The notes beneath the pieces are model-generated. The model saw nothing but the letters and a program-made list of their open reading frames with translations, had not been told where the DNA came from and ran no database searches. DNA of 64,000 bases from positions 4,128,001 through 4,192,000 of the forward strand of contig OZ240241.1 of assembly GCA_965198115.1 (NCBI GenBank), read 5' to 3'. Below, piece after piece: positions 30,125 through 39,691 of this stretch (position 1 is the first letter of the stretch; every line of letters starts with the position of its first letter). This stretch comes from Candidatus Latescibacterota bacterium (GTDB lineage: Bacteria; Latescibacterota; UBA2968). Both the position numbers and the translations under genes were made by a program.

Positions 30125-32500
30125 GTGTCCACACCCGATACATCCCTGCGTGGCTTTCTCATCCACGTGTTCCACCAGCAGCGTGACGATCGATTCCTCA
30201 TCCTGGGCATCGGGCGCGACGAAAACGGAGGAACCTTCGGCTTCGTCGACGATCGGTTCCGTCCTGGCTTCTTCATTCGGCGTTCCGAATTCGAACGCGC
30301 CCGTCCCTATCTACTCGACCCATCGATCCAAACGGTCGAAGACACCCACCACACGATGGACGGCGAGCCGGTTATCGAAGTTCTCTCTCACCGCCTCAGC
30401 GCCCTCAGACGCACGTCCGAGGCGCTCTCGAAAAACGAAATACGAACCTACGAAGCGGATCTGTCCCCCATCCGCCGTTATCTGATAGATCGAACGATTC
30501 GGCAGAGTGTCAAGATCTCGGGCCCGTCCCGGAAGGGTGACGGCGTCGATCGCGTCTTCACGAATCCCTCCCTCGTCCCGGCGGAGGTTCTGGTCGACCT
30601 CAAAGTGCTGGCCCTCGACATCGAGACGCTCCCCGATGCTTCGCGTGTCCTCGCCTTTTCGCTCGTCGGCTGCGGCGACACCGACATCGAAGAGACCCAC
30701 CTCCTCGGCCAGCCCGCCCCCACCGACGATCACTCGACATTCGCGCACCTGGACGAAGGGGCCCTGCTCGATGCGCTGTCCGAACGGATCGAAGCTCTCG
30801 ATCCCGACATCATCACCGGGTGGAACGTCGTCGACTTCGACCTCCACGTCCTGCAACAGCGCTACCGTGCCCTTGGAAAGACCTTTCAACTCGGACGCAC
30901 GCGGGACACGGCCTGGCGCAGACAGAGCCAGAACTGGGGCGGCAGTCGTGTCATCATCCCCGGTCGTCAGGCCGTCGACGCGATGCGACTCGTTCGTGCG
31001 ATTCCACGGCGGTTCGACGACTACCGTCTCAGCACCGTCGCGCAAGAGCTCCTGGGTCGCGGCAAGACCCTCGAGCCCGAAGACGACGCATCGATACCGG
31101 AAGCTATTCTCGACGCCTACGAGCACGATCGCCCGGCCTTTTGCGAGTACTGTCTCGAAGACAGTCGGCTGGTCCGCGATATCCTCGAAGCCGAGGGACT
31201 CATCCCCCTGACGATCCAACGCAGCAAGCTGACGGGCTTGTCGCTCGACAACGCGTGGGGCAGCATCGGCGCCTTCGAGTTCCTCTACACGACCGAACTC
31301 CACGCCCGCGGAATCGTCGCCCCCACGCTCGGCACCGACGCCGCGAACCGAGGCGGTGCGCCCGGTGGGCTGATCGTCGCCCCTCAACCAGGTGTCCACG
31401 ACCACGTCTTCGTGTTCGACTTCAAGAGCCTGTATCCGTCGATCATCTGCACCTTCAACATCGATCCGCTGTCCAGGCTTCGTGCAGGAGACAATGCCAT
31501 CGAGGCGCCCAACGGCGCCTGCTTCGATCGAGCCCCGGGTATCCTGCCGCAGTTGCTCGACCAGTTCTTCACCTCCCGTGACGAAGCCAGGACCCGTGGC
31601 AACGAGCTCGCGTCCTACACCTACAAAATCGTGATGAACTCGTTCTACGGTGTGCTCGCGACCACCGCCTGTCGTTTCGCCGCACCCGAACTCGCCGGCG
31701 CGATCACCGGATTCGGTCACCAGATCCTTCGATGGACGCAGCGCTGGCTCGAAGAGGCCGGTGCGACGGTTCTTTACGGGGACACGGACTCCGTCTTCGT
31801 CCAGCCCGGTCTACCGACGGACGCCACGGAAATGGACGCCCGCTCGGTCGGACGGGATCTCTGTCAACGGGTCAACGAAGCCCTCGGTGCGCACCTTCGC
31901 AAAACCTATGACGTCGACCCCAAGCTGGAGCTGGAGTTCGAAAAGTATTACCGTCTCCTACTCTTGCCGCCAATGCGGGGTGACGTCGATCGCGGCCGGG
32001 CAAAGGGCTACGCAGGCCTGAGGATCGACGACGGGAGCGAGCAGATCGAAATCGTAGGAATGGAGGCCGTCCGGCGCGACTGGACGGACCTTGCCCATCG
32101 TCTTCAGCACGACCTGTTTGGAATGCTGTTCGGGAACGCACAGAACGCGGAGATCGAGGCCAGAATCCAACGCTGGATCGACGAGGTGCGTGCGGGAAAA
32201 CACGATGCCGACCTCGTCTACCGGAAGGGACTGCGAAAGGGCGTCGACGACTACACGAAATCGAGCCCGCCACACGTTAAAGCGGCAAGACTCCTGTCAA
32301 ATCCCAGGGGGGTCATTCACTACGTGGTCACTCGCGAAGGCCCACAACCCGTTTCAAAGGTCACCTCGCCCATCGACTATGAACACTACGTGCAGAAGCA
32401 GATTGCACCGATCGCAGGCACGGTCGCTCAGGTTCGCGGCCTCGATTTGCACGCGGTTCTGACAGGCGAGCAGGACTTATTCGCGGGAATGGACGTTTGA
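30125..32500 (+). CDS. polB: DNA polymerase II (family B)
   Basis: DIET exonuclease motif, FDFKSLYPSII, KIVMNSFYG and YGDTDS; GTG at 30125 just after the upstream stop. Confidence 0.93.
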   Translation: MSTPDTSLRGFLIHVFHQQRDDRFLILGIGRDENGGTFGFVDDRFRPGFFIRRSEFERARPYLLDPSIQTVEDTHHTMDGEPVIEVLSHRLSALRRTSEALSKNEIRTYEADLSPIRRYLIDRTIRQSVKISGPSRKGDGVDRVFTNPSLVPAEVLVDLKVLALDIETLPDASRVLAFSLVGCGDTDIEETHLLGQPAPTDDHSTFAHLDEGALLDALSERIEALDPDIITGWNVVDFDLHVLQQRYRALGKTFQLGRTRDTAWRRQSQNWGGSRVIIPGRQAVDAMRLVRAIPRRFDDYRLSTVAQELLGRGKTLEPEDDASIPEAILDAYEHDRPAFCEYCLEDSRLVRDILEAEGLIPLTIQRSKLTGLSLDNAWGSIGAFEFLYTTELHARGIVAPTLGTDAANRGGAPGGLIVAPQPGVHDHVFVFDFKSLYPSIICTFNIDPLSRLRAGDNAIEAPNGACFDRAPGILPQLLDQFFTSRDEARTRGNELASYTYKIVMNSFYGVLATTACRFAAPELAGAITGFGHQILRWTQRWLEEAGATVLYGDTDSVFVQPGLPTDATEMDARSVGRDLCQRVNEALGAHLRKTYDVDPKLELEFEKYYRLLLLPPMRGDVDRGRAKGYAGLRIDDGSEQIEIVGMEAVRRDWTDLAHRLQHDLFGMLFGNAQNAEIEARIQRWIDEVRAGKHDADLVYRKGLRKGVDDYTKSSPPHVKAARLLSNPRGVIHYVVTREGPQPVSKVTSPIDYEHYVQKQIAPIAGTVAQVRGLDLHAVLTGEQDLFAGMDV

Positions 32501-32687
32501 ATACCGAGAGAGGCCGGGAACCTCGACAGGGTCGACTGATTGTGATCTGGTGGGGTCCGTTGGCCTGATGAGCGAGGGCACCACTACTTCGTGAACGGCC
32601 GACGATTCGACCTGTTTGGCGAAAGTCTCACATTGACCACTGACAAGTGAATATTGACCATCTCTGGCTCTTGGCCACCAGACAAGG

Positions 32688-32777
32688 CGACCGATCGCCC
32701 TTCGATACGGCGATCATCCAAAATCATAACGATTCCGAAATGGCCCTCACAAGTCGCCAACTCAGGATGATCGGTCG
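32688..32777. repeat. REP-like palindrome
   Basis: CGACCGATCGCCCTTCGATACGG...CTCAGGATGATCGGTCG; same ends as the 44643-44741 element. Confidence 0.65.
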
Positions 32778-32877
32778 GCGATCGTTACGATTCTATACTC
32801 GCAAAATTACGGTAAGTGTGACTCGGTCCTCAGTTCTTCAATATTCGATTCTCGATGTTCGATTCTCGATCACCTGG

Positions 32878-34509
32878 TTAGATCCTTGATCTAACTTCAT
32901 CCGGCACCAACCACGGCACTTCCTTCGACGCTTCGGCGAGCCACTGTCTTGCTTCCCGCCCAGCAGCGTGTAATGATGTTCCCTCCAGCGTCTCCGCCAG
33001 CGATAGCATTGGCGCGAAAAGATCGCCCTCGCACGTCTCGACGTAGCGCCGCATCGCCTCGTAATAGGTGGTCCAGTCTTCCCTCATACGTCCGATGCCG
33101 GCCAGCCCGTGATGGCCGTGGCTGTAGCCCGGGGCGATCTCGATCGAGCGATCGAACCACATCTTCGCTTCGTCCAGATCGCCCGTTCTGCCCACCAGGC
33201 TTCCGATAATGGAAGCTTCGGGTGCGGCGATCTCCGGGTAAAGATCAAAACACCGTCTCGCGTATCGTTCGGCTTCGCGCACGTACCCGAACGGGAGAAG
33301 CAGGTGCACGAACCGAGACAGGTTCCCGTACGACTCGACCTCCTCCGACGCCATCGTGCGTTCGATCTTTTCCACCGCCGCGAGCACCTCCTCGGGCTCG
33401 GCGTCTTCTTCCAAGGCGTAAAGCACCAACGCGGGACGATCGCTCACGACCCCATCGAACGCGGATTTGAAAGACCGACGGACGGCTTCCTCCTCCGACT
33501 TGCCGTAGATCGCCATCGTATGCGTGCCACCCTCGTGGCCACGATGGAGTGAAGCCGAATAGCCAGCCACACGGGCGCCCACAGCCAGCTCATAGAAGAA
33601 CACCCCCCAGAAGGCGCACAGACCGTACTCCGTCATCAGCTCGGCGAACGGTGAAGACGCCTTCTCTCCAGCGTAACCGAAATCCGTGACGACCATCAGC
33701 GCATCGTCCGGCAAACCTCGTTGCACATCGGACAGCAGATCGACCATCTCGGGCCGCTGGTTTCTGAAAGTCGATTCCCCCGATCGCGGAGACTCCACCA
33801 GTAATCCTGCCGCACGCCTGGCGACCGCAACCTCCAGGTCATCGGGGTCGGCCATCGAGTTACGCAGATCCTCACCCGTCAGAAAACGGGGCGGCCAGAC
33901 ACTCGTGTCCGCGAGGGTGGCATCGCTCGAGATGGAGGTCGCGATCTCCACTTCTCCTTCTTCCGAAACCACGCGAGGGGGGATCGAATCGAGGAGATAG
34001 GACATCAGAACCACGTGCGGCTGTCTCGCGACGATCGTGTCCAGCTCCCTCAGGTCGGCGACGCCCGTCGAAACTCGATCGCCGTGCGTCTGGAAGATCC
34101 CCCTGGCCTCCACTTCTTCCGCAACATCGGCCGTTCCATCGGTCACGATGAACTCGCACTGGCCGTAGACTTCGGGCGCTTCGTCCCGCAAGCGATCCAG
34201 CACGTGACGCGACAGGTAGCCCAACCCCGCACCCAGCTCCATCACCCGTATGGGTCCCCGTGTTCGCTTCGCACGTTCGTGAACGAGTTCGGCAATCGAC
34301 TTGGCCAGAAGGGGCCCCGAGCTGTATGAAAACGGCACCTCGTTCGTCACGAACGTCGCGGTGCCCTCCCGCCAGGCCGACGCAGCCATCCGCGCACGAA
34401 GGGTTTGGGGTCGCGCGACCGGCTCCTGGATCTGAACCAATGTCTGCGGCGATTGGGGGGTCTCGTCATCCATCGTTCGCACGATAGGCCGATCGGCAAT
34501 GGGGGTCAA
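32878..34509 (-). CDS. SAM-dependent methyltransferase (MidA-like) with C-terminal TPRs
   Basis: VMELGAGLG, YLLDSIP and DFGY motifs; TPR-like helices at the C-terminus. Confidence 0.75.
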   Translation of the reverse strand: MTPIADRPIVRTMDDETPQSPQTLVQIQEPVARPQTLRARMAASAWREGTATFVTNEVPFSYSSGPLLAKSIAELVHERAKRTRGPIRVMELGAGLGYLSRHVLDRLRDEAPEVYGQCEFIVTDGTADVAEEVEARGIFQTHGDRVSTGVADLRELDTIVARQPHVVLMSYLLDSIPPRVVSEEGEVEIATSISSDATLADTSVWPPRFLTGEDLRNSMADPDDLEVAVARRAAGLLVESPRSGESTFRNQRPEMVDLLSDVQRGLPDDALMVVTDFGYAGEKASSPFAELMTEYGLCAFWGVFFYELAVGARVAGYSASLHRGHEGGTHTMAIYGKSEEEAVRRSFKSAFDGVVSDRPALVLYALEEDAEPEEVLAAVEKIERTMASEEVESYGNLSRFVHLLLPFGYVREAERYARRCFDLYPEIAAPEASIIGSLVGRTGDLDEAKMWFDRSIEIAPGYSHGHHGLAGIGRMREDWTTYYEAMRRYVETCEGDLFAPMLSLAETLEGTSLHAAGREARQWLAEASKEVPWLVPDEVRSRI

Positions 34510-34664
34510 CCTCAGCTGTGTACCACGACCCGCGATTGCGATCGATCTGAGGAGGCATTGTCACCCCGGGAAGTTTACCCCGGTATGCCTCTGGGCCGGG
34601 GCTTCTTAGCCGGGGTCCATTCAACCTGGCTCATCATAACTGGGCGTGAAAATGGATCCAGCCT

Positions 34665-35930
34665 TAGTACTCCTGTTCTCAAATACGGTGACGTATTCTA
34701 AGCAGACTTTGCCAAGGGCGTATCGTAGAACCTGAGTTTGTCGATCATCTCCGCGAGATCTGTTCGTGTGAACTTCCATTTGAAGGGTGTGGCGATACGT
34801 CCGTAGCGTTCCTGAAAACCGAGGATTCTTGCCTCAAGCTCTTCGAGCGATGCAAATTCGATAGGTGTCAGAGCCTTGCGTTTGAGGATCGAGAAGTAGA
34901 TCTCGATCTGATTGAGCCAGCTTGCGTGGATCGGAAGGTGAACGGGGTGGATGTTTGGCCACTTCCCCTGGATACGGTCGATGCATGTTTGCCCTCGGTG
35001 CGAGGAGCCATTATCCACGATGAGGTAGACTTTCTTTGCCGAGCAATAGGGTTTCCGGCTCATGATCAGGCTCAGGAGCCGGTTGAAGGGCTCGATACCC
35101 GAAGAAGACTCACAGAGACCGAAGATTCGACCATTGTGCACGTCGAGAGCAGCCAGATAGGCCAGGGCTCCTTTCCGCTCGTATTCGTGTTTCAACGCGT
35201 GCCGCTCTGTTCGAGGCTGGCGGTAGGGTAACGTGCTTGCGAGCTCGTGCTTGAATACTGGTCTTTTCGTCGGCAGAAAGTACATATTCCCTCGGCCCTA
35301 AAGGCTTTCCTTGCCATTGGCGGTGATACAGATCAAGGACTCTACCTGCTTTGGTTTGGAAGTCCGGGTCCCGTGGGAAAATCCAGGAGCGATGATACCA
35401 AGGACGAATCGCGTCCTCGTTCAACCAGCGCCAGACAGTGGCGCCGCTGATCTTGGCAACGAAGCCCCTTTGCACTGCCTCGGCGGCAATCTCGGAACAG
35501 CTGAACCGCGAGAGCGGTATCCCGCTCTCGCTCGGTAGTTCACACGCCAGCGCCTTGATCTGAACGACCACCTGAGGGGGGAAAACCGGGCGGGCGCCCG
35601 GGACGAGATCTATCTTCGAGTCCCGAAAGACGCTCTTCGAAAAAGCGCTTACGCCATTTGCTTACGATCGGACGCGGGACATCCAACCGTTGGGCGATAA
35701 TCTTGTTGGATAATCCCTCGGCGGCGAGAAGCACGATTTTCGATCGGATCACTTGATAATACGGTAACGTATATTGTCCAGCCATTCGCTCGAGGTCGAC
35801 CCGTTCCTTCTCAGACAGTAGCACCACATAAGGCGAACGTCTTGGCATTGTTCTCCTCCTTTTGAAGGAGAACATAAGCTACAAATAATGTTCAGAACAT
35901 ACGTAATAATGTTTATGAAACCATGCACTA
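34665..35930 (-). mobile_element. IS630-family insertion sequence
   Basis: TA at both ends inside a GCCT-TA-AGGC target; imperfect IRs TAGTAC...TGACGTAT vs TAGTGC...TTACGTAT. Confidence 0.9.
34698..35848 (-). pseudogene. IS630 transposase spread over three reading frames
   Basis: HTH ORF (to 35540), SADEKT ORF and DNGSSH/SWLNQIE ORF; first shift at a TTTTCCCCCC run, second from an extra A at about 35190. Confidence 0.85.
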
Positions 35931-36019
35931 AGGCACGCCGGGATGACAATCGTTCCCGGTCGTTTCTCTCTACAGGTCTTCTAGCCACAGGCTGAGTGAC
36001 AAGCTCTCGTCGACGACCT

Positions 36020-36056
36020 AAAAATAAACGCCCTCCGACGTCAATGTCGGAAGGCG
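36020..36056 (-). terminator. Intrinsic terminator of msrAB
   Basis: CGCCTTCCGACA...CGTCGGAGGGCG followed by TTTATTTTT. Confidence 0.75.
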
Positions 36057-36102
36057 CTCGTTCGGCCTGGGGTTTTCCCGGCCACGGTTCACGGCCAACG
36101 TC

Positions 36103-37152
36103 TCATTCAAATAGCTTCACGTAGTCCCCATACCCTTCTTTCTCCAGATCTTCCTTCGGAACGAACCGGAGCGCCGCCGAATTCATACAATACCGCAGTC
36201 CCGTCGGCTCCGGCCCGTCGTTGAACAGGTGCCCCAGATGGGAGTCGGCATGTTTACTCCGTATTTCCGTGCGGGGCCAGATCAGCTTGTAGTCCGTCTT
36301 CTCCACGATGTGGTCGGGTTCGAGTGGGCGAACGAAACTCGGCCAGCCCGTACCCGATTTATACTTATCCGTCGAACTGAACAAAGGCTCCCCGGATACG
36401 ACGTCGACGTAGATGCCCTCCTGCTTGTAATCCCAGTATTCGTTCTGGAACGGCGATTCCGTTCCCTCGTGCTGAGTCACCTTGTACTGCAGGTCGGACA
36501 GTTTCGCCCTGATCTCTTCGTCCGAAGGTTTCTTGAATTTGGTGTCGACCGGTTTTTCCATCATTGTCTTCTCATCTTCCCAGTGGGCGTCGATGAACCG
36601 ATCTCGACCGGACCCCGTCCGGTATCGGCTGTAGTGCGCGGGCTCTTTCTTGTAGTAATCCTGATGGTAGTCCTCGGCGACGAAGAATTCCGACGCAGGT
36701 AGAATCGGCGTAACCACGGGCTTCTTGAATCGGCCGGACTCATCCAGCGCCTTCTTCGAAGCCTCGGCCACCAGACGTTGAGCCTCGTCGTGGTAGAAAA
36801 TCGCCGACGTATACTGTTCACCGCGGTCGTAGAACGAGCCGCCCGCGTCGGTCGGGTCGAACAGGCGCCAGAAGGCATCGACGATTTGGTCGTAGCTGAT
36901 CTGCTCCGGATCGAACGTCACCTGAACCGCCTCGAGATGACCTGTCGCCCCGGTCGTCACCTGCTTGTAGGTGGGATTGCCGACGTGCCCACCGGTATAC
37001 CCGCTCAGGACTTCGAGCACGCCGGGGAGCTTCTCCAACGGCGCTTCGACGCACCAGAAGCATCCCCCAGCGAATGTTGCCTTTTCCATCGCCACACCCT
37101 TTCCGCAGTCCGCGAAAACCATCACCACGATCGCCAGAAACAAAGCTTTCAC
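36103..37152 (-). CDS. msrAB: Bifunctional methionine sulfoxide reductase with N-terminal signal peptide
   Basis: GGCFWC and AEDYHQDYY (MsrA); GWPSF, HLGH and RYCMNS (MsrB). Confidence 0.95.
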   Translation of the reverse strand: MKALFLAIVVMVFADCGKGVAMEKATFAGGCFWCVEAPLEKLPGVLEVLSGYTGGHVGNPTYKQVTTGATGHLEAVQVTFDPEQISYDQIVDAFWRLFDPTDAGGSFYDRGEQYTSAIFYHDEAQRLVAEASKKALDESGRFKKPVVTPILPASEFFVAEDYHQDYYKKEPAHYSRYRTGSGRDRFIDAHWEDEKTMMEKPVDTKFKKPSDEEIRAKLSDLQYKVTQHEGTESPFQNEYWDYKQEGIYVDVVSGEPLFSSTDKYKSGTGWPSFVRPLEPDHIVEKTDYKLIWPRTEIRSKHADSHLGHLFNDGPEPTGLRYCMNSAALRFVPKEDLEKEGYGDYVKLFE

Positions 37153-37490
37153 GTCCGCCCTCCTCTCCCATCGTTCGATCGTCCAGGTTCGGCCCGAGCT
37201 CCCAGATGCCGTGTCTCGGGTCTTGCCTTAAATAGACGATCGAACGCCGATCGAAGTATCACGAATGTGTCACAAGTTCGTCAAAAGATTCCCAACGGAC
37301 CCCGGAATGGGCTTCTTCGCGCACGAAAGACGAATCGCAGGTCTTCGTCGTTCATCTTCCATCAAGTAACCAAACTGCAGCTACGCGTCCCTGTGCACAG
37401 GGAGGAGCGTAACGCTTTGCTTTTCTACTAATCTAAAAAATGCTGCGCTCGCCCTCGTGCTCTGCACGAGGTCCTCTTCACCTGTCGCCG

Positions 37491-38129
37491 CTAGGCTGCT
37501 GCCGCCCAGCGCGTTCCCTGGGTCATCAGCTTCTGCATTGCCGGCCGTTCGAACGTCCCGGGCCCGTGCCCCAGAGCCGTGTAAAAAACGCGGCCGTTCC
37601 CGAAGGGCTGCGTCCAGGCCAGAGGGTGTCGCTTTTCGGACCACTCTGCGCTCGCCAGCACGTGAATGCTCGGATCCCACGCCGACATGTAGATCTCGTC
37701 CTCCACCTCGAACGTGTCGACGCCATCCGTAATCGGATGATCGGTGTCGTCTATTTCAACGTTGAACGTCAGGCCGGGTGGATGCCAGTTCGCGTGACCG
37801 CCGATGAGCGGGACGGTCCGACTCGGAATCTGCCAGGCCGTTCCGTGGATCCCCACCAGACCACCGCCGCTTTCGACGAAACCGAACAGTCCCGCCTCCT
37901 GGTCCGAAGTCAGATCGTCGTGGTGTTCGACCGTCCCGTCATCCTTTCGCTCGGGCCGTGTGAACCCCGTTCCGAAGACGACGGCGTCGTTGCCATCGAG
38001 CGATTTCAGTGCGTCCTTGTCATCCGTCGTCTCGACATCGAGATCAGCATCCTTCGCCAGGAAATCCGCTATGATCGGCGCGCTCAGGTTGAAGCGGTGA
38101 TTTTCGCCGGACAGCACAAGCACCTTCAT
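37491..38129 (-). CDS. ThuA-like domain protein
   Basis: GGGLVGIH, HP, DEIY and GRVFYTALGH motifs; AGGAGG SD. Confidence 0.88.
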   Translation of the reverse strand: MKVLVLSGENHRFNLSAPIIADFLAKDADLDVETTDDKDALKSLDGNDAVVFGTGFTRPERKDDGTVEHHDDLTSDQEAGLFGFVESGGGLVGIHGTAWQIPSRTVPLIGGHANWHPPGLTFNVEIDDTDHPITDGVDTFEVEDEIYMSAWDPSIHVLASAEWSEKRHPLAWTQPFGNGRVFYTALGHGPGTFERPAMQKLMTQGTRWAAAA

Positions 38130-38246
38130 CTTAGCCTCCTGTGTCATAGCTCGCCACGTACTCACTCGAATCGGGTGTCACCGGCTAAGCGACCGGATTC
38201 CCGACTCTGCGTCATCGACGACCCAATATGACGTGAGCGCACCATC

Positions 38247-39188
38247 GTGTCAATTCAGCGCATACTGATCTTTCGAGCCGGCGCCGTCGGCGATTTTGTC
38301 GTCACACTCCCCGCGATCGCTTCGCTCAGAGCCGCCTATCACGGGGCCTCCATCGACCTCGTCGGCTACCCCGATCGCGCGATTCTGGCTCAGACCTTCG
38401 TGAACCGCATTCACGACGTCGACGCTGCACATTGGTCCGCGCTCTTCGCGCGGGGCAGCGACCTCTCGCTCGTCGAACCCATCATCGGCGAAACAGACCT
38501 GGCTATCGCCTACATGAACGACCCTGACGACCTTGTAATCGAAAACCTCACCCGATGCGGGGTTCGTCGGACCCTGTTCCATCCACCGCGACCCGATGAG
38601 AAGGGTGACACACACGCGGTCGATCACCTGCTGAAACCCCTTTCCACGCTGGGCATCCCGGCGATCTCGACCATCCCGACGATCACGATCGACGAGCGGT
38701 CCTTCCAGTCCGCGCGTTCGATCCTGGAAAAAGCCGGCGTCGACCGAAGCTACGCCGCGTTTCACGCGGGGGCAGGTGGCCAACCCAAGCAGTGGGACGC
38801 GGGCGCCTTTGCGCCCGTTGCCCAGACCCTCTGGCAGGACCGGGAGTTGGCCGTCGTCGTCACGAGCGGACCCGCCGACGGCACGCTGGCCGAAGAGATA
38901 GCCCATCTGGCGAGCACTCACGTCGTTCCGCTCCATCCTGTCGACCTTCCCACGCTCTGCGCGCTCTACGCACAGGCCGAGATCTACCTCGGTTGCGACA
39001 CGGGCCCGAGCCACATCGCTGCCGCCACGGCTACACCCTCGGTTGTTCTATTCGGCCCATCGCCGTCGGCTGTCTGGGCACCCAGGGGTCCCAACGTGCG
39101 CGTGATCGAGGCACCCGGGGGCTCGATGAGCTCGCTCGATCCCAAGACCGTGACGGAAGCGATGAGCGGTCTGCTGCACAAGACTTGA
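38247..39188 (+). CDS. GT9 glycosyltransferase (heptosyltransferase-like)
   Basis: GAVGDFV, K.W, DTGPSHIAAA and LFGPS...WAP motifs. Confidence 0.9.
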   Translation: MSIQRILIFRAGAVGDFVVTLPAIASLRAAYHGASIDLVGYPDRAILAQTFVNRIHDVDAAHWSALFARGSDLSLVEPIIGETDLAIAYMNDPDDLVIENLTRCGVRRTLFHPPRPDEKGDTHAVDHLLKPLSTLGIPAISTIPTITIDERSFQSARSILEKAGVDRSYAAFHAGAGGQPKQWDAGAFAPVAQTLWQDRELAVVVTSGPADGTLAEEIAHLASTHVVPLHPVDLPTLCALYAQAEIYLGCDTGPSHIAAATATPSVVLFGPSPSAVWAPRGPNVRVIEAPGGSMSSLDPKTVTEAMSGLLHKT

Positions 39189-39248
39189 TTCGGGCCTAAG
39201 AAATTGCAAATTCACGATTTATAGGCCGTTTCATTCGGCGCAGCGTTA

Positions 39249-39277
39249 TTGACCGCGCAACCCGAAATGGGTATTCT
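39249..39277 (+). promoter_or_regulatory. Sigma70-like promoter candidate
   Basis: TTGACC-N17-TATTCT upstream of the GGAGG SD. Confidence 0.6.
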
Positions 39278-39301
39278 ACATCGACGTTTTTCGGAGGACG
39301 A

Positions 39302-39691
39302 ATGCCGACCGCACTACTGATCGTCGATCACGGTTCTCGCAGACAAGAAGCCAACGATATGCTCGAAGGCGTTGCAGAAGTCATCCGGCGCCAGCGAGAA
39401 GACCTGATCGTACACATCGCGCATATGGAACTGGCCGACCCCACGATCGAGGCAGGCATCCAGGCCTGCGTCGAGGACGGCGCAACCGACATCGTTGTCC
39501 ATCCGTATATGCTCTCCCCCGGCCGCCACGCAACCGAGGACATCCCCCGGATGTCACAGGCCGCCGCCGATCGATGTGGCGTAACCGTGCGGGTCACCGG
39601 TCCTCTCGGCATTCACGACAAGCTCGGCGAAGTGGTACTCGAACGCGCAGGCCTCCACGAGCCTGCCAGGGCTGGGGAGGGCGCCGGTTGA
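39302..39691 (+). CDS. CbiX/SirB-type chelatase (short form)
   Basis: DHGSR, AHMELA.P and PGRH..EDIP motifs. Confidence 0.88.
   Translation: MPTALLIVDHGSRRQEANDMLEGVAEVIRRQREDLIVHIAHMELADPTIEAGIQACVEDGATDIVVHPYMLSPGRHATEDIPRMSQAAADRCGVTVRVTGPLGIHDKLGEVVLERAGLHEPARAGEGAG

Larger units (their letters stand above)
34552..36006 (-). ncRNA. Candidate ~190-nt structured RNA interrupted by IS630
   Basis: After removing the IS, the flanks form terminal stem TTGTCACTC/GGGTGACAA enclosing at least three helices; family not established. Confidence 0.45.

Noticed and set aside
35965-35995. GCTAGAAGACCTG resembling the 3' end of a cobalamin riboswitch
   Set aside because: The upstream cobalamin core (GGGAA, GCCACTG) is absent and the msrAB terminator lies immediately upstream.
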